Source of the DNA: an uncultured virus (IMG/VR IMGVR_UViG_3300010282_000326)
Lineage: Duplodnaviria; Heunggongvirae; Uroviricota; Caudoviricetes
IMG/VR virus record: IMGVR_UViG_3300010282_000326
Direction: 5' to 3' (one strand)
Length of the DNA stretch: 58,975 bases
The translations under genes and the position numbers were made by a program. Shown here in pieces: positions 47,481 through 56,814 of this stretch. Within the stretch, counting starts at the first letter, position 1. Every line of letters begins with the position of its first letter. A model generated the notes under the pieces. That model was not told the origin of the DNA. It saw only the letters and a list, made by a program, of their open reading frames with translations, and searched no databases.

Positions 47481-48602
47481 ATGGCAATTAAGAGACCAGC
47501 ACCAAAGAAGCTGTCAGCAGAGGCTCAGACAGCAATCACTAGTGCATCAGCACAGCAGACAGGACAGGCAGTTCGCCAGAAGTCCTATGACCCAGATTTT
47601 CCAGTTTTTGAGGTACCTGTAAATCAGAAGGTATTAGTTTATATACCTAATCATACAGTTATGTCCCCAGATGGTCAGGTTAATCTGAGAATGGATAAGT
47701 TTGCAGCTCATCCTATTATCGATGGAAGAAGTTTCGGAGATATTCGTTGCTCACAGGGGGTTGTAGTTCCAGAGCTTGGACTTGATGGTTCTTGTCCACT
47801 TTGCGATTCTATGCAGGAAGTTTGGGAACTTTACAATCTTGAGTATGCCGATATCGCTAAGGCTAAGGGTATTGACCCTGCATCACCAGAGGCTCAGGAA
47901 CTGCTTAAGCAGGACAGAATTGATTTAGTTCATGATATGCGTGTAAAGCAGGCTGAGGTTTGGTATACTTTCCCTATTGTTGTTATCGAGTGTGAGGAGA
48001 AGGATGGTCAGATGACTGTTAATCCTAAGAAGAACGCAGAGGGTAAGATTACTGGTAAGCCTATGTGGTACTCTATTCGTGAGAGGACATTCCTTGATAA
48101 GTGGGTTGCAGGTTATGATTCTATCGACACAGATGGTGGAGAAGCTCCTACAAGTCCAGCAGGTCTTTGGGCAATTCTTAACTTCACTTACACACCTAAG
48201 TCAGGTAAGGCTGATAAGATGGGTTCTGCAAGAGCACTTAAGGTTACATTCAAGTCAATGAATGAATCTTACAATCAGTGGGCTACATACTTCGACCAGT
48301 TAACTGAAGCTTGGACTCCAGAGAAGGCTCAGGAAGTAGTTGTTCTTGATGCAGTTCGTAGTATGGATGAACTTGTTGAGGTTTGCGACACAGTTATGAA
48401 GCCAGTTAAGGAAAAGATTGCAATGCATAAGCTCGGACAGGGAGCAGGGGTAGCAGCAGCTACTGGAGCACTTCCTCAGACTAGTGCAGAAGCAGCTTTA
48501 GAGAACTTTGGAGCTACAGCAGTTGATAATGCAGGTGATAGTGCAGGAGCACCACCTACAAATCTTGTTGGTGAGATGCCAGCTAATGTTGGTGTTGAGT
48601 AA
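47481..48602 (+). CDS. putative single-stranded DNA-binding protein (gp32-like), probably highly expressed
   Basis: H...C...CPLC zinc ligands, aromatic-rich core, flexible Ala/acidic tail, distinct codon bias (AAG/CAG/GAG), perfect TAAGGAGGT RBS, own terminator. Confidence 0.55.
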   Translation: MAIKRPAPKKLSAEAQTAITSASAQQTGQAVRQKSYDPDFPVFEVPVNQKVLVYIPNHTVMSPDGQVNLRMDKFAAHPIIDGRSFGDIRCSQGVVVPELGLDGSCPLCDSMQEVWELYNLEYADIAKAKGIDPASPEAQELLKQDRIDLVHDMRVKQAEVWYTFPIVVIECEEKDGQMTVNPKKNAEGKITGKPMWYSIRERTFLDKWVAGYDSIDTDGGEAPTSPAGLWAILNFTYTPKSGKADKMGSARALKVTFKSMNESYNQWATYFDQLTEAWTPEKAQEVVVLDAVRSMDELVEVCDTVMKPVKEKIAMHKLGQGAGVAAATGALPQTSAEAALENFGATAVDNAGDSAGAPPTNLVGEMPANVGVE

Positions 48603-48625
48603 TTAACATAGAGCATTAGAACTTT

Positions 48626-48657
48626 AAGGGTTCAGTCAGAAATGGCTGAACCTTTTT
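48626..48657 (+). terminator. intrinsic terminator
   Basis: AAGGGTTCAGTCA-GAAA-TGGCTGAACCTT followed by Ts. Confidence 0.85.
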
Positions 48658-48665
48658 AGTTTGCC

Positions 48666-48694
48666 TTGACAATTTATGAGTTTTGTGTTATAAT
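48666..48694 (+). promoter_or_regulatory. consensus sigmaA promoter with extended -10
   Basis: TTGACA-17 bp-TATAAT with TGTG. Confidence 0.88.
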
Positions 48695-48722
48695 AATACT
48701 ACTAAATAAAGGGGTGTTTATT

Positions 48723-48818
48723 ATGGTAGTTGAGAATAAAGAGCGAAATACAATTAAAGAAATTAGAGAATTAACAGAATTACAGACTAAAACTTTATTA
48801 AAAGATTACGGAGGTTAG
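48723..48818 (+). CDS. 31-aa peptide (absent from the ORF track)
   Basis: AAAGGGGTG RBS downstream of the promoter; MVVENKERNTIKEIRELTELQTKTLLKDYGG. Confidence 0.5.
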   Translation: MVVENKERNTIKEIRELTELQTKTLLKDYGG

Positions 48819-48821
48819 TTT

Positions 48822-49736
48822 ATGAATAAGTTTATCAAACGATTTGTTGTTGGTAATGTTATACTTTGTTTTATAGTATTATGGAATTTAGCTATATATA
48901 AGCATTCAGTAGATAAGTTTGAGAAAAATTTAGATGAAACTAAAACAGCTTTTGAGGATGTCACAGCAACTACTACTGAACAAGCAACATTACCAGAAAT
49001 TCAGACTGAAAGTACAACAGAAGAGCTTGAACCTTTAGGTAAAGTGAGAGAAGCTCACGCAGTTGTGAATAAGGAAGTTTTAACTGAAGCAACTACTGAG
49101 CAAGTAGAAACAACAGAAGTTTCTACTGAGGAGAAAAGAGTTACAAATTGTTTTCCAAGAGTAGATACAAATAATGATGATACATTTTCGTATACAGAAG
49201 ATGGAGAAAATATTATAGCAACAATAAATGGGGTAGACTATACTTTTTATAAAGCTATCTTATATAATAATATTAATTTTCCATCGATAGGTTCTCAGTT
49301 TGCAAAAATAACTATACCGAGTATAGGAATATATAGTACGGATATTATAGTTGGTGCTACTCAAGATTTAGTTGATACTTTTGATATTTGTATGAGTACA
49401 AGAGATAGTTATTTTGGAGATAAAAGACCTGCTTTACTTTGTGGACATAATAATCGAAGTTTTGAGAAATTATTTAATCTTAAACTTGGCTCTTATATTT
49501 TCATTGAAACTGATTATGGTGGTTTTGTTTATAAAGTAACAAATATTGAGTATGGTACTATAAATGATGAATACACTGAAATTTATGATAAAAATGGAAA
49601 AAGTCTTTTAGTTGAAAATACAGAGTATGATAATCAGATACTTCAGATGTACACTTGCTATGGAGAAACTAATGGTACAAAGGAAAGATTAGTAGTTACA
49701 GCAGAGCAAGTAGTGGGTACGGAGGTATATAAATGA
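48822..49736 (+). CDS. sortase (class D-like)
   Basis: N-terminal TM, TTE stalk, ITIPSIGI, LCGHN, YKVT, MYTCY, RLVV (His-Cys-Arg triad). Confidence 0.85.
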   Translation: MNKFIKRFVVGNVILCFIVLWNLAIYKHSVDKFEKNLDETKTAFEDVTATTTEQATLPEIQTESTTEELEPLGKVREAHAVVNKEVLTEATTEQVETTEVSTEEKRVTNCFPRVDTNNDDTFSYTEDGENIIATINGVDYTFYKAILYNNINFPSIGSQFAKITIPSIGIYSTDIIVGATQDLVDTFDICMSTRDSYFGDKRPALLCGHNNRSFEKLFNLKLGSYIFIETDYGGFVYKVTNIEYGTINDEYTEIYDKNGKSLLVENTEYDNQILQMYTCYGETNGTKERLVVTAEQVVGTEVYK

Positions 49737-50416
49737 AATATTATGGCAGATTAGATATGAATATCAATGATGCAGCAACACGCTATCAAGTTATAAGGAC
49801 TAATGGAAATAAGTCACGGTTTCTTGTTGTAGATTTTGTAGATAATGCTGTAGAAGATTGGAAGAAGGAAGACCTCTTAAAAATAGCAAAAAAGGAGAAA
49901 ATTCTTGGGGTAGATAAAGATATTACTACTCCTTTAGGTTATATAGCTTGTATAGGATATGTTGATGGTACGATTGAAACATCGTTAGCAGATGATAAGG
50001 CATTTAAGACAGAAAAAGAGGCAGAAGAATATTTATATTCAGAAGATGGTTTATTATTTAAGTATTTAATAGAAGGTTTTAATGAGGGTTCATATGATTA
50101 TCTTGAATGTATAGAGACAGAAGATGATGGTTTTATTTTTTCTATTTCTTTAAAGGACTTTAGTGCTATTGCTTGCTTGAGTGCAGAAGATGTAGTAGAA
50201 ATGTACACACCAGATTATATTGGTGAAAGAGGTGGAGATGAATTAAGTCCTACAAAGGCAGCTATTTTTATGAAAAAACTTATAGAAGATGATGATTATT
50301 TGAAATTATATACTTCCAGAAAGTTAGATACTTTTTTAGATATGCTTATTAATTATACGAGTACATTTGATGATATAAGTTTTTATATTTGCCCTTTATT
50401 TAAGAGTATAGTCTAA
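49733..50416 (+). CDS. hypothetical protein
   Basis: GGAGG RBS; degenerate VVDFVDNAVE...ILGV module. Confidence 0.65.
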   Translation: MKYYGRLDMNINDAATRYQVIRTNGNKSRFLVVDFVDNAVEDWKKEDLLKIAKKEKILGVDKDITTPLGYIACIGYVDGTIETSLADDKAFKTEKEAEEYLYSEDGLLFKYLIEGFNEGSYDYLECIETEDDGFIFSISLKDFSAIACLSAEDVVEMYTPDYIGERGGDELSPTKAAIFMKKLIEDDDYLKLYTSRKLDTFLDMLINYTSTFDDISFYICPLFKSIV

Positions 50417-50481
50417 AGTTTGTTTTATTTTATTGTAGATATGTGTAATGTTTTTATAAATTTTTGTTTTGGAGGTTACAA

Positions 50482-51546
50482 ATGGAGGAAGTAGGTAATT
50501 TAGTATTAATGCTCTATCCTAAAGAGGAGAGAAATAAGGGTGCTATTGTTGAGGCATATAGTGATATAGTCACACATTGTAGGGATAAGTATAGAGATGA
50601 AGCTTCTTGTATAAATAACGCTATTTCTAAGTCTCAAGACTTAATAGAATTATTTGATAAGAAGTTTCCTTTTTTTGACAAGTCTATAAAGACTACTAAT
50701 ATTTGTTATACTTTTGCAGTTTTATATGATACCTTAAATAGAATATGTGATGTACTAACAAGAGATGTTAAATTTAAGACCCTTGAAAAACCTAATCGAA
50801 TGGTAGTTAAAGATGTTAAGGAACTGAGAAATGTAGTAGACCAAAAGTGGACTTCTCCAAAAGGTCATATTGAAGAGGCTATATTAGCTCCTTTAGAGTA
50901 TCTTAAAAATGCTTTGGTTTTAGGTGATACCATTAACTTTAGTTATGAAGATTGTCTAAATATTTTGGTGCTTATACAAATAGTATGTGCTGATGTAGTT
51001 TCAATTTTAAATGATGATTCAAATAGCACATTTTTATTAGGTAGAGATTACTGTATAAAGGCAGAAGAAATAATAGTGCTGAATGGGGTAGCTAAAACAG
51101 TTGTAGAAGCAGCTGATGAGATGGCTAAAGAAATTGAAGAACTTGATAATGATGATGGAGTTACTGAAGTATTAACAAGTGAACCAAAACCTAAATCAAA
51201 AAGTAAAAAGAAAGAGGTAAAAGTAATGAGTGAAACAAAAGTTGAGGAAAATTTATACGATTTAATTGTATCAGGTCTTGATGATGTAACAAAAGATGTT
51301 ACTACTTATAAAGAGGTACAAGATAAGATTGAGATAAGTATTCCAGATGTGAATTTACCACCAGAAGTTGTTGATAAAATCAAAGATTCTATTAAAAGTG
51401 ATATATCAACATATTTAACTCCTATAGGTGATAAAATAAACAGTAAATGTGAAGTAATTCTAAGTGAGATTGATGAGCTTCAGCGAGCTTTGTATAATCA
51501 GGTAGAATATATTAACAGCTTAAAGTCTAGTTTAGCATTAGCATAG
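50482..51546 (+). CDS. hypothetical helical protein
   Basis: ATG at 50482 after GGAGG. Confidence 0.7.
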   Translation: MEEVGNLVLMLYPKEERNKGAIVEAYSDIVTHCRDKYRDEASCINNAISKSQDLIELFDKKFPFFDKSIKTTNICYTFAVLYDTLNRICDVLTRDVKFKTLEKPNRMVVKDVKELRNVVDQKWTSPKGHIEEAILAPLEYLKNALVLGDTINFSYEDCLNILVLIQIVCADVVSILNDDSNSTFLLGRDYCIKAEEIIVLNGVAKTVVEAADEMAKEIEELDNDDGVTEVLTSEPKPKSKSKKKEVKVMSETKVEENLYDLIVSGLDDVTKDVTTYKEVQDKIEISIPDVNLPPEVVDKIKDSIKSDISTYLTPIGDKINSKCEVILSEIDELQRALYNQVEYINSLKSSLALA

Positions 51547-51552
51547 TTTTTT

Positions 51553-51581
51553 AATAGCACTATTAAATTAGTGCTATTTTT
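51553..51581 (+). terminator. intrinsic terminator
   Basis: AATAGCACTA/TAGTGCTATT stem followed by Ts. Confidence 0.7.
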
Positions 51582-51652
51582 ATGCAGTTTTTTTGAAAGA
51601 TGTATTATAACTAAATAGTTGTTAAATTTTTAAATAACTTTTGGAGGTTTTT

Positions 51653-51934
51653 ATGAGTAAAAGAGATGATTTAATCAAAGAATTAACTTATGAGTATGAA
51701 AAGGACTATGATAAGGTTAAAAATCTTACAAAGCCAGAACTTGAGGAACTTCTTGAGCAGGAAAAGAAAAATTGTCTTATTGATTTACTTGTAAATGAGT
51801 ATCATGAAGATGAAGAGGAAGTAAAGGGTTTGGCTTTAGATGAACTTGAAGCTCTTATAGATGATATAGAAGATACATCTCCTATGCATCCTAATGAGAC
51901 CTTTGAAGAATTTATGGAGCATGAGGATTATTAG
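51653..51934 (+). CDS. small very acidic protein with internal duplication
   Basis: ATG at 51653 after GGAGG; two LIxxLxxEYxxDxxxVKxLxxxELExL units. Confidence 0.7.
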   Translation: MSKRDDLIKELTYEYEKDYDKVKNLTKPELEELLEQEKKNCLIDLLVNEYHEDEEEVKGLALDELEALIDDIEDTSPMHPNETFEEFMEHEDY

Positions 51935-51935
51935 T

Positions 51936-52463
51936 ATGTATGTGGCTTTTTTACATTATGAGACAAAAAAGGATACTAAGTGGATTATTGATTTATTTGC
52001 AACAGATAAGCCTTTTACATTGAGAGTTGATGAGACTTATTTACAAGATTTTCTTAAAGCAAAAACATTTTATGCGATGGTCAATAAGAGACAGATTATA
52101 TATGAAGGTGGTATTTTAACAGAAGAAATCTTAGATGAGTTTTGGCATAATGCTTTAAATACTCATAAAGGATTATCACCTAATATTCCTCGTACTACAG
52201 CTTTTAAAGAGTTAATGAAGATAGAAAATCGTTTTGCTATTTATAGTTTTATAGATGTAGATTTCTTTTCAGGAACAAAAGTACATGGGGTACTTGTTGT
52301 AGATAATAAATATGGAACTTATTATATGAATAAGTGGGCAAGTTCCTCAAGATTTCTACCTAAGACCTGTGCTTATACTATTACAGGTAATATATTATTT
52401 TTAAGATTACTTACAGTAAATAATAGTGCATTTAAAGATGTGCAGTTTGAAATAGGAGGTTAA
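51936..52463 (+). CDS. hypothetical protein
   Basis: ATG at 51936 just after the upstream stop. Confidence 0.6.
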   Translation: MYVAFLHYETKKDTKWIIDLFATDKPFTLRVDETYLQDFLKAKTFYAMVNKRQIIYEGGILTEEILDEFWHNALNTHKGLSPNIPRTTAFKELMKIENRFAIYSFIDVDFFSGTKVHGVLVVDNKYGTYYMNKWASSSRFLPKTCAYTITGNILFLRLLTVNNSAFKDVQFEIGG

Positions 52464-52464
52464 T

Positions 52465-53637
52465 ATGAGTGATGTAGAGAAGAATCCATTTCCTAAATTA
52501 GTTAGTTGGGAAGTATGGAATTTTATGTCTATTGAACACGCATTATGCGAGTTTGATGAAAGAAACATAATCAATCTAAAGGGGTACAATGACTCAGGTA
52601 AGTCTGCTATGCTTTCAGCATTAAAGGTTTTACTTACCAATTCAAATCCGAATAAGCAGACAGACTTTATTCAGGATGATAAAGAATATTTTAGAGTTCT
52701 TGCTACTTTTGAGGATAAGGTTCAGATACTTAGGGATAAGTATATAAATGGACAAAGTTTATATGAGATGTATAAAAATGGGGAACTGATATACTCTACA
52801 AAGTCAGGTAATTCTCTTTCAAGAGTATCAGAAGTACCTCAGCCTATCGCAGATTATCTTGGACTTATTAGTTATGAAAAGACTTTCCTTAATGCAAGAA
52901 GTTGTTTCGAGAAGCAAATAGGTGTACAGACAACTGGTAGTGAAAACTATAAGATGTTTAATACAGTGTTAAAGTCAGAAGAAATTTCTACTGCATCTAC
53001 TTTGCTTAATAACGATAAAAATAAGTTAGCAAGTGATATAAATGCTATAGATGCAGAGATAAATGCTAATAAGACTTTAATTGGTCAGGGACAGTTCTTA
53101 TCTGCTGAATTGATTGATTATCTTAAAGAGCATGATGGTCTTATAGATGATTGTGAAAGCAGAGAGAATGTATTTAATCAAATCAATTCATTTTCTACGA
53201 GTATTGATAATGTAGTTATTACACCAGAGTTATCTGTTATAGACACAGATGATTTACAGCAGTTGTATGCTATAAATGCTCTTAAGGAAAGTCTTAGGGG
53301 TATCGTTATTACTCCAGAAGTATCTGTTGTAGATGCAGGTCAGTTAAGTGCTATTCAGACTATAAAGTCTTTATTAGATTCTTGTGACTTAAATATAGCA
53401 CCAGAAGTTAGTATAGTTGATGAAGAACAGTTAAAGATTTTATCAGCTATTCAGAATATAGTATCTTCTCTTTTTGAGTGTGATGCTATTATAAATGAGG
53501 ATGACGCTAGACTTAGTGAATTAAATTCTCAGTTAGAAGCTTTAGAAAAGGAGGCAGCAACACTTGGTGCTAAGATGATTAAGTGTCCACATTGTGGAAA
53601 TTTATTTGACCCAGAGACGGCAGGACATCAGCACTAA
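52465..53637 (+). CDS. SbcC/Rad50-like ATPase, N-terminal half only, ending in a CPHC zinc-hook motif
   Basis: WNFMSI, LKGYNDSGKSAMLSAL Walker A, FIQDD, FEKQ (Q-loop-like), coiled coil, terminal CPHCG; no signature or Walker B. Confidence 0.8.
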   Translation: MSDVEKNPFPKLVSWEVWNFMSIEHALCEFDERNIINLKGYNDSGKSAMLSALKVLLTNSNPNKQTDFIQDDKEYFRVLATFEDKVQILRDKYINGQSLYEMYKNGELIYSTKSGNSLSRVSEVPQPIADYLGLISYEKTFLNARSCFEKQIGVQTTGSENYKMFNTVLKSEEISTASTLLNNDKNKLASDINAIDAEINANKTLIGQGQFLSAELIDYLKEHDGLIDDCESRENVFNQINSFSTSIDNVVITPELSVIDTDDLQQLYAINALKESLRGIVITPEVSVVDAGQLSAIQTIKSLLDSCDLNIAPEVSIVDEEQLKILSAIQNIVSSLFECDAIINEDDARLSELNSQLEALEKEAATLGAKMIKCPHCGNLFDPETAGHQH

Positions 53638-53651
53638 GATGCTATTAGTTT

Positions 53652-54716
53652 ATGAGAAATTTTAAGAGTCCTAATTTTTTAAATCCAGAGGAGGATAATG
53701 CAGAACTAATTTTTAAGTATGTATTTATTGTTGGTATCATACCATTAATAGCTATAGCTTTTAAGCTACATAGAATGGCACAGACGCCACCTATTCAAAC
53801 ATCAGTTGTAGCTTATGTTGATGATAAAGGTCTTGCAGTTGAGAAGCAGAATGATGCTTTTATGGATTTCTTTACAAGTAATTATCAGTATGATAGTATA
53901 GCTATTAGTCCTTTGGCTTGTCAGTATAGTTTATATGATTACGACAAGAGATTAAAAAGAGTTGATGATACTTTATTTACAACCTTTAATAGTGGTTATA
54001 ATAATTGGTATGACTGTATTTCTTATATAAAAGATGATTGTAACTTTGATTTAGTTACTGGTAATGATGATATAAGTGATATGGTAACCGATGCAAGGTC
54101 TATCGAGGAATCTATCAGTCAGAAAACTGATGGTTATATTTCAGGAAATTATTTAACAGATGGGGTACTAAGTGAGCAAAGTATCATTTCAGTTTGTTCA
54201 GTACCATATACTTTTGGTTGTGATACTTGGGCAGTAAAGAATAAATATAACGAGGGCTATCATGTTGTATGTACAGACACTATAGACTATAAGGAAAAAG
54301 GCAGTCTTACTTCAGTAAAGATTCCTTTAAGTAATAAAGATTATGATTGTTATGTTGTAGCTGAAACTACTGATAGTTTAGAGTCTGTATTAACTAAAAT
54401 GAGACAGGAGAATTTTAGTTTGGGAGGTGGATATGAAAAGACTAAGATGAAGGTTTCATTTGCTGAAACTAATTGGTTAAGTGTTGGTAGCCCATCAAAG
54501 TTTATTGCTAAACTTGGTAAGAGTGAATATATTTATGATTATAATCATTTAATTTCTATTTGTCAGTTCGATATTACAAGTAGAAGTTATCAGAAAAATG
54601 ACGCAGCAGATTCTTTTAAGGCTGATAAGTCTGTATATTTTGATAAGGATTTTGTTGTTATTATAAAAAATAATAAAACTGGGAACATAGTGATGATGGG
54701 GTATAAGAATAAGTAA
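53652..54716 (+). CDS. membrane-anchored serpin-like protein (degenerate)
   Basis: SIAISPLA, IEESISQKTDGYI, VKIPL and terminal VYFDKDFVVIIKNNKTGNIVMMG match serpin landmarks in order. Confidence 0.6.
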   Translation: MRNFKSPNFLNPEEDNAELIFKYVFIVGIIPLIAIAFKLHRMAQTPPIQTSVVAYVDDKGLAVEKQNDAFMDFFTSNYQYDSIAISPLACQYSLYDYDKRLKRVDDTLFTTFNSGYNNWYDCISYIKDDCNFDLVTGNDDISDMVTDARSIEESISQKTDGYISGNYLTDGVLSEQSIISVCSVPYTFGCDTWAVKNKYNEGYHVVCTDTIDYKEKGSLTSVKIPLSNKDYDCYVVAETTDSLESVLTKMRQENFSLGGGYEKTKMKVSFAETNWLSVGSPSKFIAKLGKSEYIYDYNHLISICQFDITSRSYQKNDAADSFKADKSVYFDKDFVVIIKNNKTGNIVMMGYKNK

Positions 54717-54720
54717 TAAT

Positions 54721-54769
54721 ATTCAGTGGTTATTCAATTTAATGAGATTTGCGTAACCACTGAATTTTT
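54721..54769 (+). terminator. probable intrinsic terminator
   Basis: ATTCAGTGGTTA/TAACCACTGAAT stem followed by a T-run. Confidence 0.7.
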
Positions 54770-54818
54770 ATCTTCTTTTTTATAATTTAAGAATTTTATT
54801 GATTTGTTGATTATCCTA

Positions 54819-54847
54819 TTGATTTTTTATTAGTTTTGTGGTATAAT
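54819..54847 (+). promoter_or_regulatory. sigmaA-type promoter with extended -10
   Basis: TTGATT-17 bp-TATAAT with TGTGG. Confidence 0.75.
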
Positions 54848-54944
54848 ATATTAAGTGAAATTTTTATAGTATAAATTTTACAAGTTAGTTTTGTAAAGCA
54901 TAAGTCTTGATGTGCTTTATGTTAATGAAAGGAAAAATTATATT

Positions 54945-55064
54945 ATGCAAGCTCAAGAAAATATATCTTTTGATGAAGTTCTCTGTATGTTGGATGAACT
55001 TTTAGCTACAACAAATTCAGTTGAGGAAGTTGAGGACTTTTTGAAAAAGTGGGGGTTCGAGTAA
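54945..55064 (+). CDS. 39-aa acidic peptide (absent from the ORF track)
   Basis: GAAAGGA RBS-like sequence; MQAQENISFDEVLCMLDELLATTNSVEEVEDFLKKWGFE; stop abuts the next ATG. Confidence 0.55.
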   Translation: MQAQENISFDEVLCMLDELLATTNSVEEVEDFLKKWGFE

Positions 55065-55670
55065 ATGTCTTTTGTATTAGTTGAGGAAGGTAATGCTAAA
55101 TATGTTTTTGATTCTTCGGATAATACAGTTGAAATTGTAAAAGATGATTCTATACTATCGAAAATAAAATATCGTACAGCAAAGATGGAATATCAGAAAA
55201 AAGGTTATTTATTTCCTAAACTACTTTATACATATTTGCTTAAGTCATATACATTAGATGTATATAATAAAGATTCTTTCAAGTTCTGGGGTAGTATTTT
55301 TAATCTTTTTGATGATTTTTATAGAGTTTTACCAGCAGGTAGTAATTTTTATGAATATGGTTCAAAGATAAAGTATTTTGCTGAATTTCGTGAATTAGGT
55401 GGTAAGACTAATGCTTTTTTGATAGTATTTTATGATAATGCTATTAAACGCTATTATATAGCTGAACATTATGATGATATTTATCAAGTTACAAGAATAA
55501 ATTTTACAGACCTTGGGTTTAAGTATAGAGATGAGCATATTTCGCAGTATAGTTGTAGAGTGGGGTTAGGTAAGAAGTATAGTAATTGTATTTATTTTGC
55601 TTATTTTAAGCATAATAAATCAAATCAGTCTTATTTTTATAAAGGTGCTTTTCATGATAAAGCTCTTTAG
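55065..55670 (+). CDS. hypothetical protein
   Basis: 201-aa ORF; YVFDSSDNTVE resembles the recurring module. Confidence 0.65.
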   Translation: MSFVLVEEGNAKYVFDSSDNTVEIVKDDSILSKIKYRTAKMEYQKKGYLFPKLLYTYLLKSYTLDVYNKDSFKFWGSIFNLFDDFYRVLPAGSNFYEYGSKIKYFAEFRELGGKTNAFLIVFYDNAIKRYYIAEHYDDIYQVTRINFTDLGFKYRDEHISQYSCRVGLGKKYSNCIYFAYFKHNKSNQSYFYKGAFHDKAL

Positions 55671-55734
55671 ATTAACTAATATTTCTGAAAGTTTTGTGGT
55701 AATATAAAGTATATTAAATGTCATTTGAAAATGA

Positions 55735-56796
55735 ATGAATATTGTTTGGAAAGGAGATATTGCAAGCGTGTACAATAAGGTTGTAGGTGGCAAGGTAATG
55801 ATTGTAGGCGACTTACATTTCAGTGATGTTTTCACTGGTAAGCACAAGAATTATCTTGAGAATTGTTTTTGGGTTCTTGGTAAGATGTCAAAAAAGATAA
55901 AAGAAGAGAAGCCGAGTGCAATAGTTCTTGGTGGTGACCTTATAGGTTGGTCTGAGACTAATGTCAAGGATAGACAAGTGCTTTCGATGTTGTGTAAAGT
56001 ATTACAAAGTTGGAATGATGTATGTCCAGTCTATTCTGTAAGGGGAAATCACGATGTTAAGGGGTATCCAGATTTTCTGTTTTTATCAGAACTTGGTTTG
56101 ATTATAACTTCTGCTGAATGTGGTGGTTATTTCGATTATTATGGTTATGAAGGTCAGGAAACTCCAGAAGTTAGATTCCATATTGTTGATTATGGTGATG
56201 AAGATAGGGCTTTAGATATACTACAAGCTGAGGGAAGTAGTAATATCGTTTTAGGTCATAATAATTATACTATTCAGGGTATAACCACTTGGTATGCAGA
56301 CCATGATGGTAAGGAGTTGAGTATGATGCAAAACTTTGGAGATGTTGATATGGTTATTAGTGGTCATATACATAATCCAAGTCCAGAGATTTATTCAACT
56401 CAGATGCCTAGTGGTAAAGATTGTATGCTCTTTTATACTGGTTGTCCTACTCGACCTATAAAGGAGAAAAATCTATATGAGAGTTGTTGGTATGTATTTG
56501 TAGAGTATAATAAGTCTACAAATAGTACAGATATAAATACTGATGAGTTTAAACTTTTACCTATCAAAGAAGTGTTTTATGATGACGATAGTTTTGTAGA
56601 AGATAAGTCTGAGGAAGAACTTCAGGAAGAGGTAAGAAAAGAAAAGCTTACAGAGGTGTTAAGTGATTTGCTTAAGTATAGAATTAGTTCTGGAGACCCT
56701 ATACAGCAAATTCAGAATATACCTAATGCAAGTCCAGAAGCAAAGGCTATAGCTTCTCAGTATTTAACTATCGCAATGAACCAAGTAACAAGTTAG
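55735..56796 (+). CDS. Mre11/SbcD-like metallophosphoesterase nuclease
   Basis: GDLH, GGDL, GNHD, GHN and SGHIH motifs; true start may be GTG at 55768 after AAGGAG. Confidence 0.88.
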   Translation: MNIVWKGDIASVYNKVVGGKVMIVGDLHFSDVFTGKHKNYLENCFWVLGKMSKKIKEEKPSAIVLGGDLIGWSETNVKDRQVLSMLCKVLQSWNDVCPVYSVRGNHDVKGYPDFLFLSELGLIITSAECGGYFDYYGYEGQETPEVRFHIVDYGDEDRALDILQAEGSSNIVLGHNNYTIQGITTWYADHDGKELSMMQNFGDVDMVISGHIHNPSPEIYSTQMPSGKDCMLFYTGCPTRPIKEKNLYESCWYVFVEYNKSTNSTDINTDEFKLLPIKEVFYDDDSFVEDKSEEELQEEVRKEKLTEVLSDLLKYRISSGDPIQQIQNIPNASPEAKAIASQYLTIAMNQVTS

Positions 56797-56814
56797 AATT
56801 AGGAGGTTAAGGAA

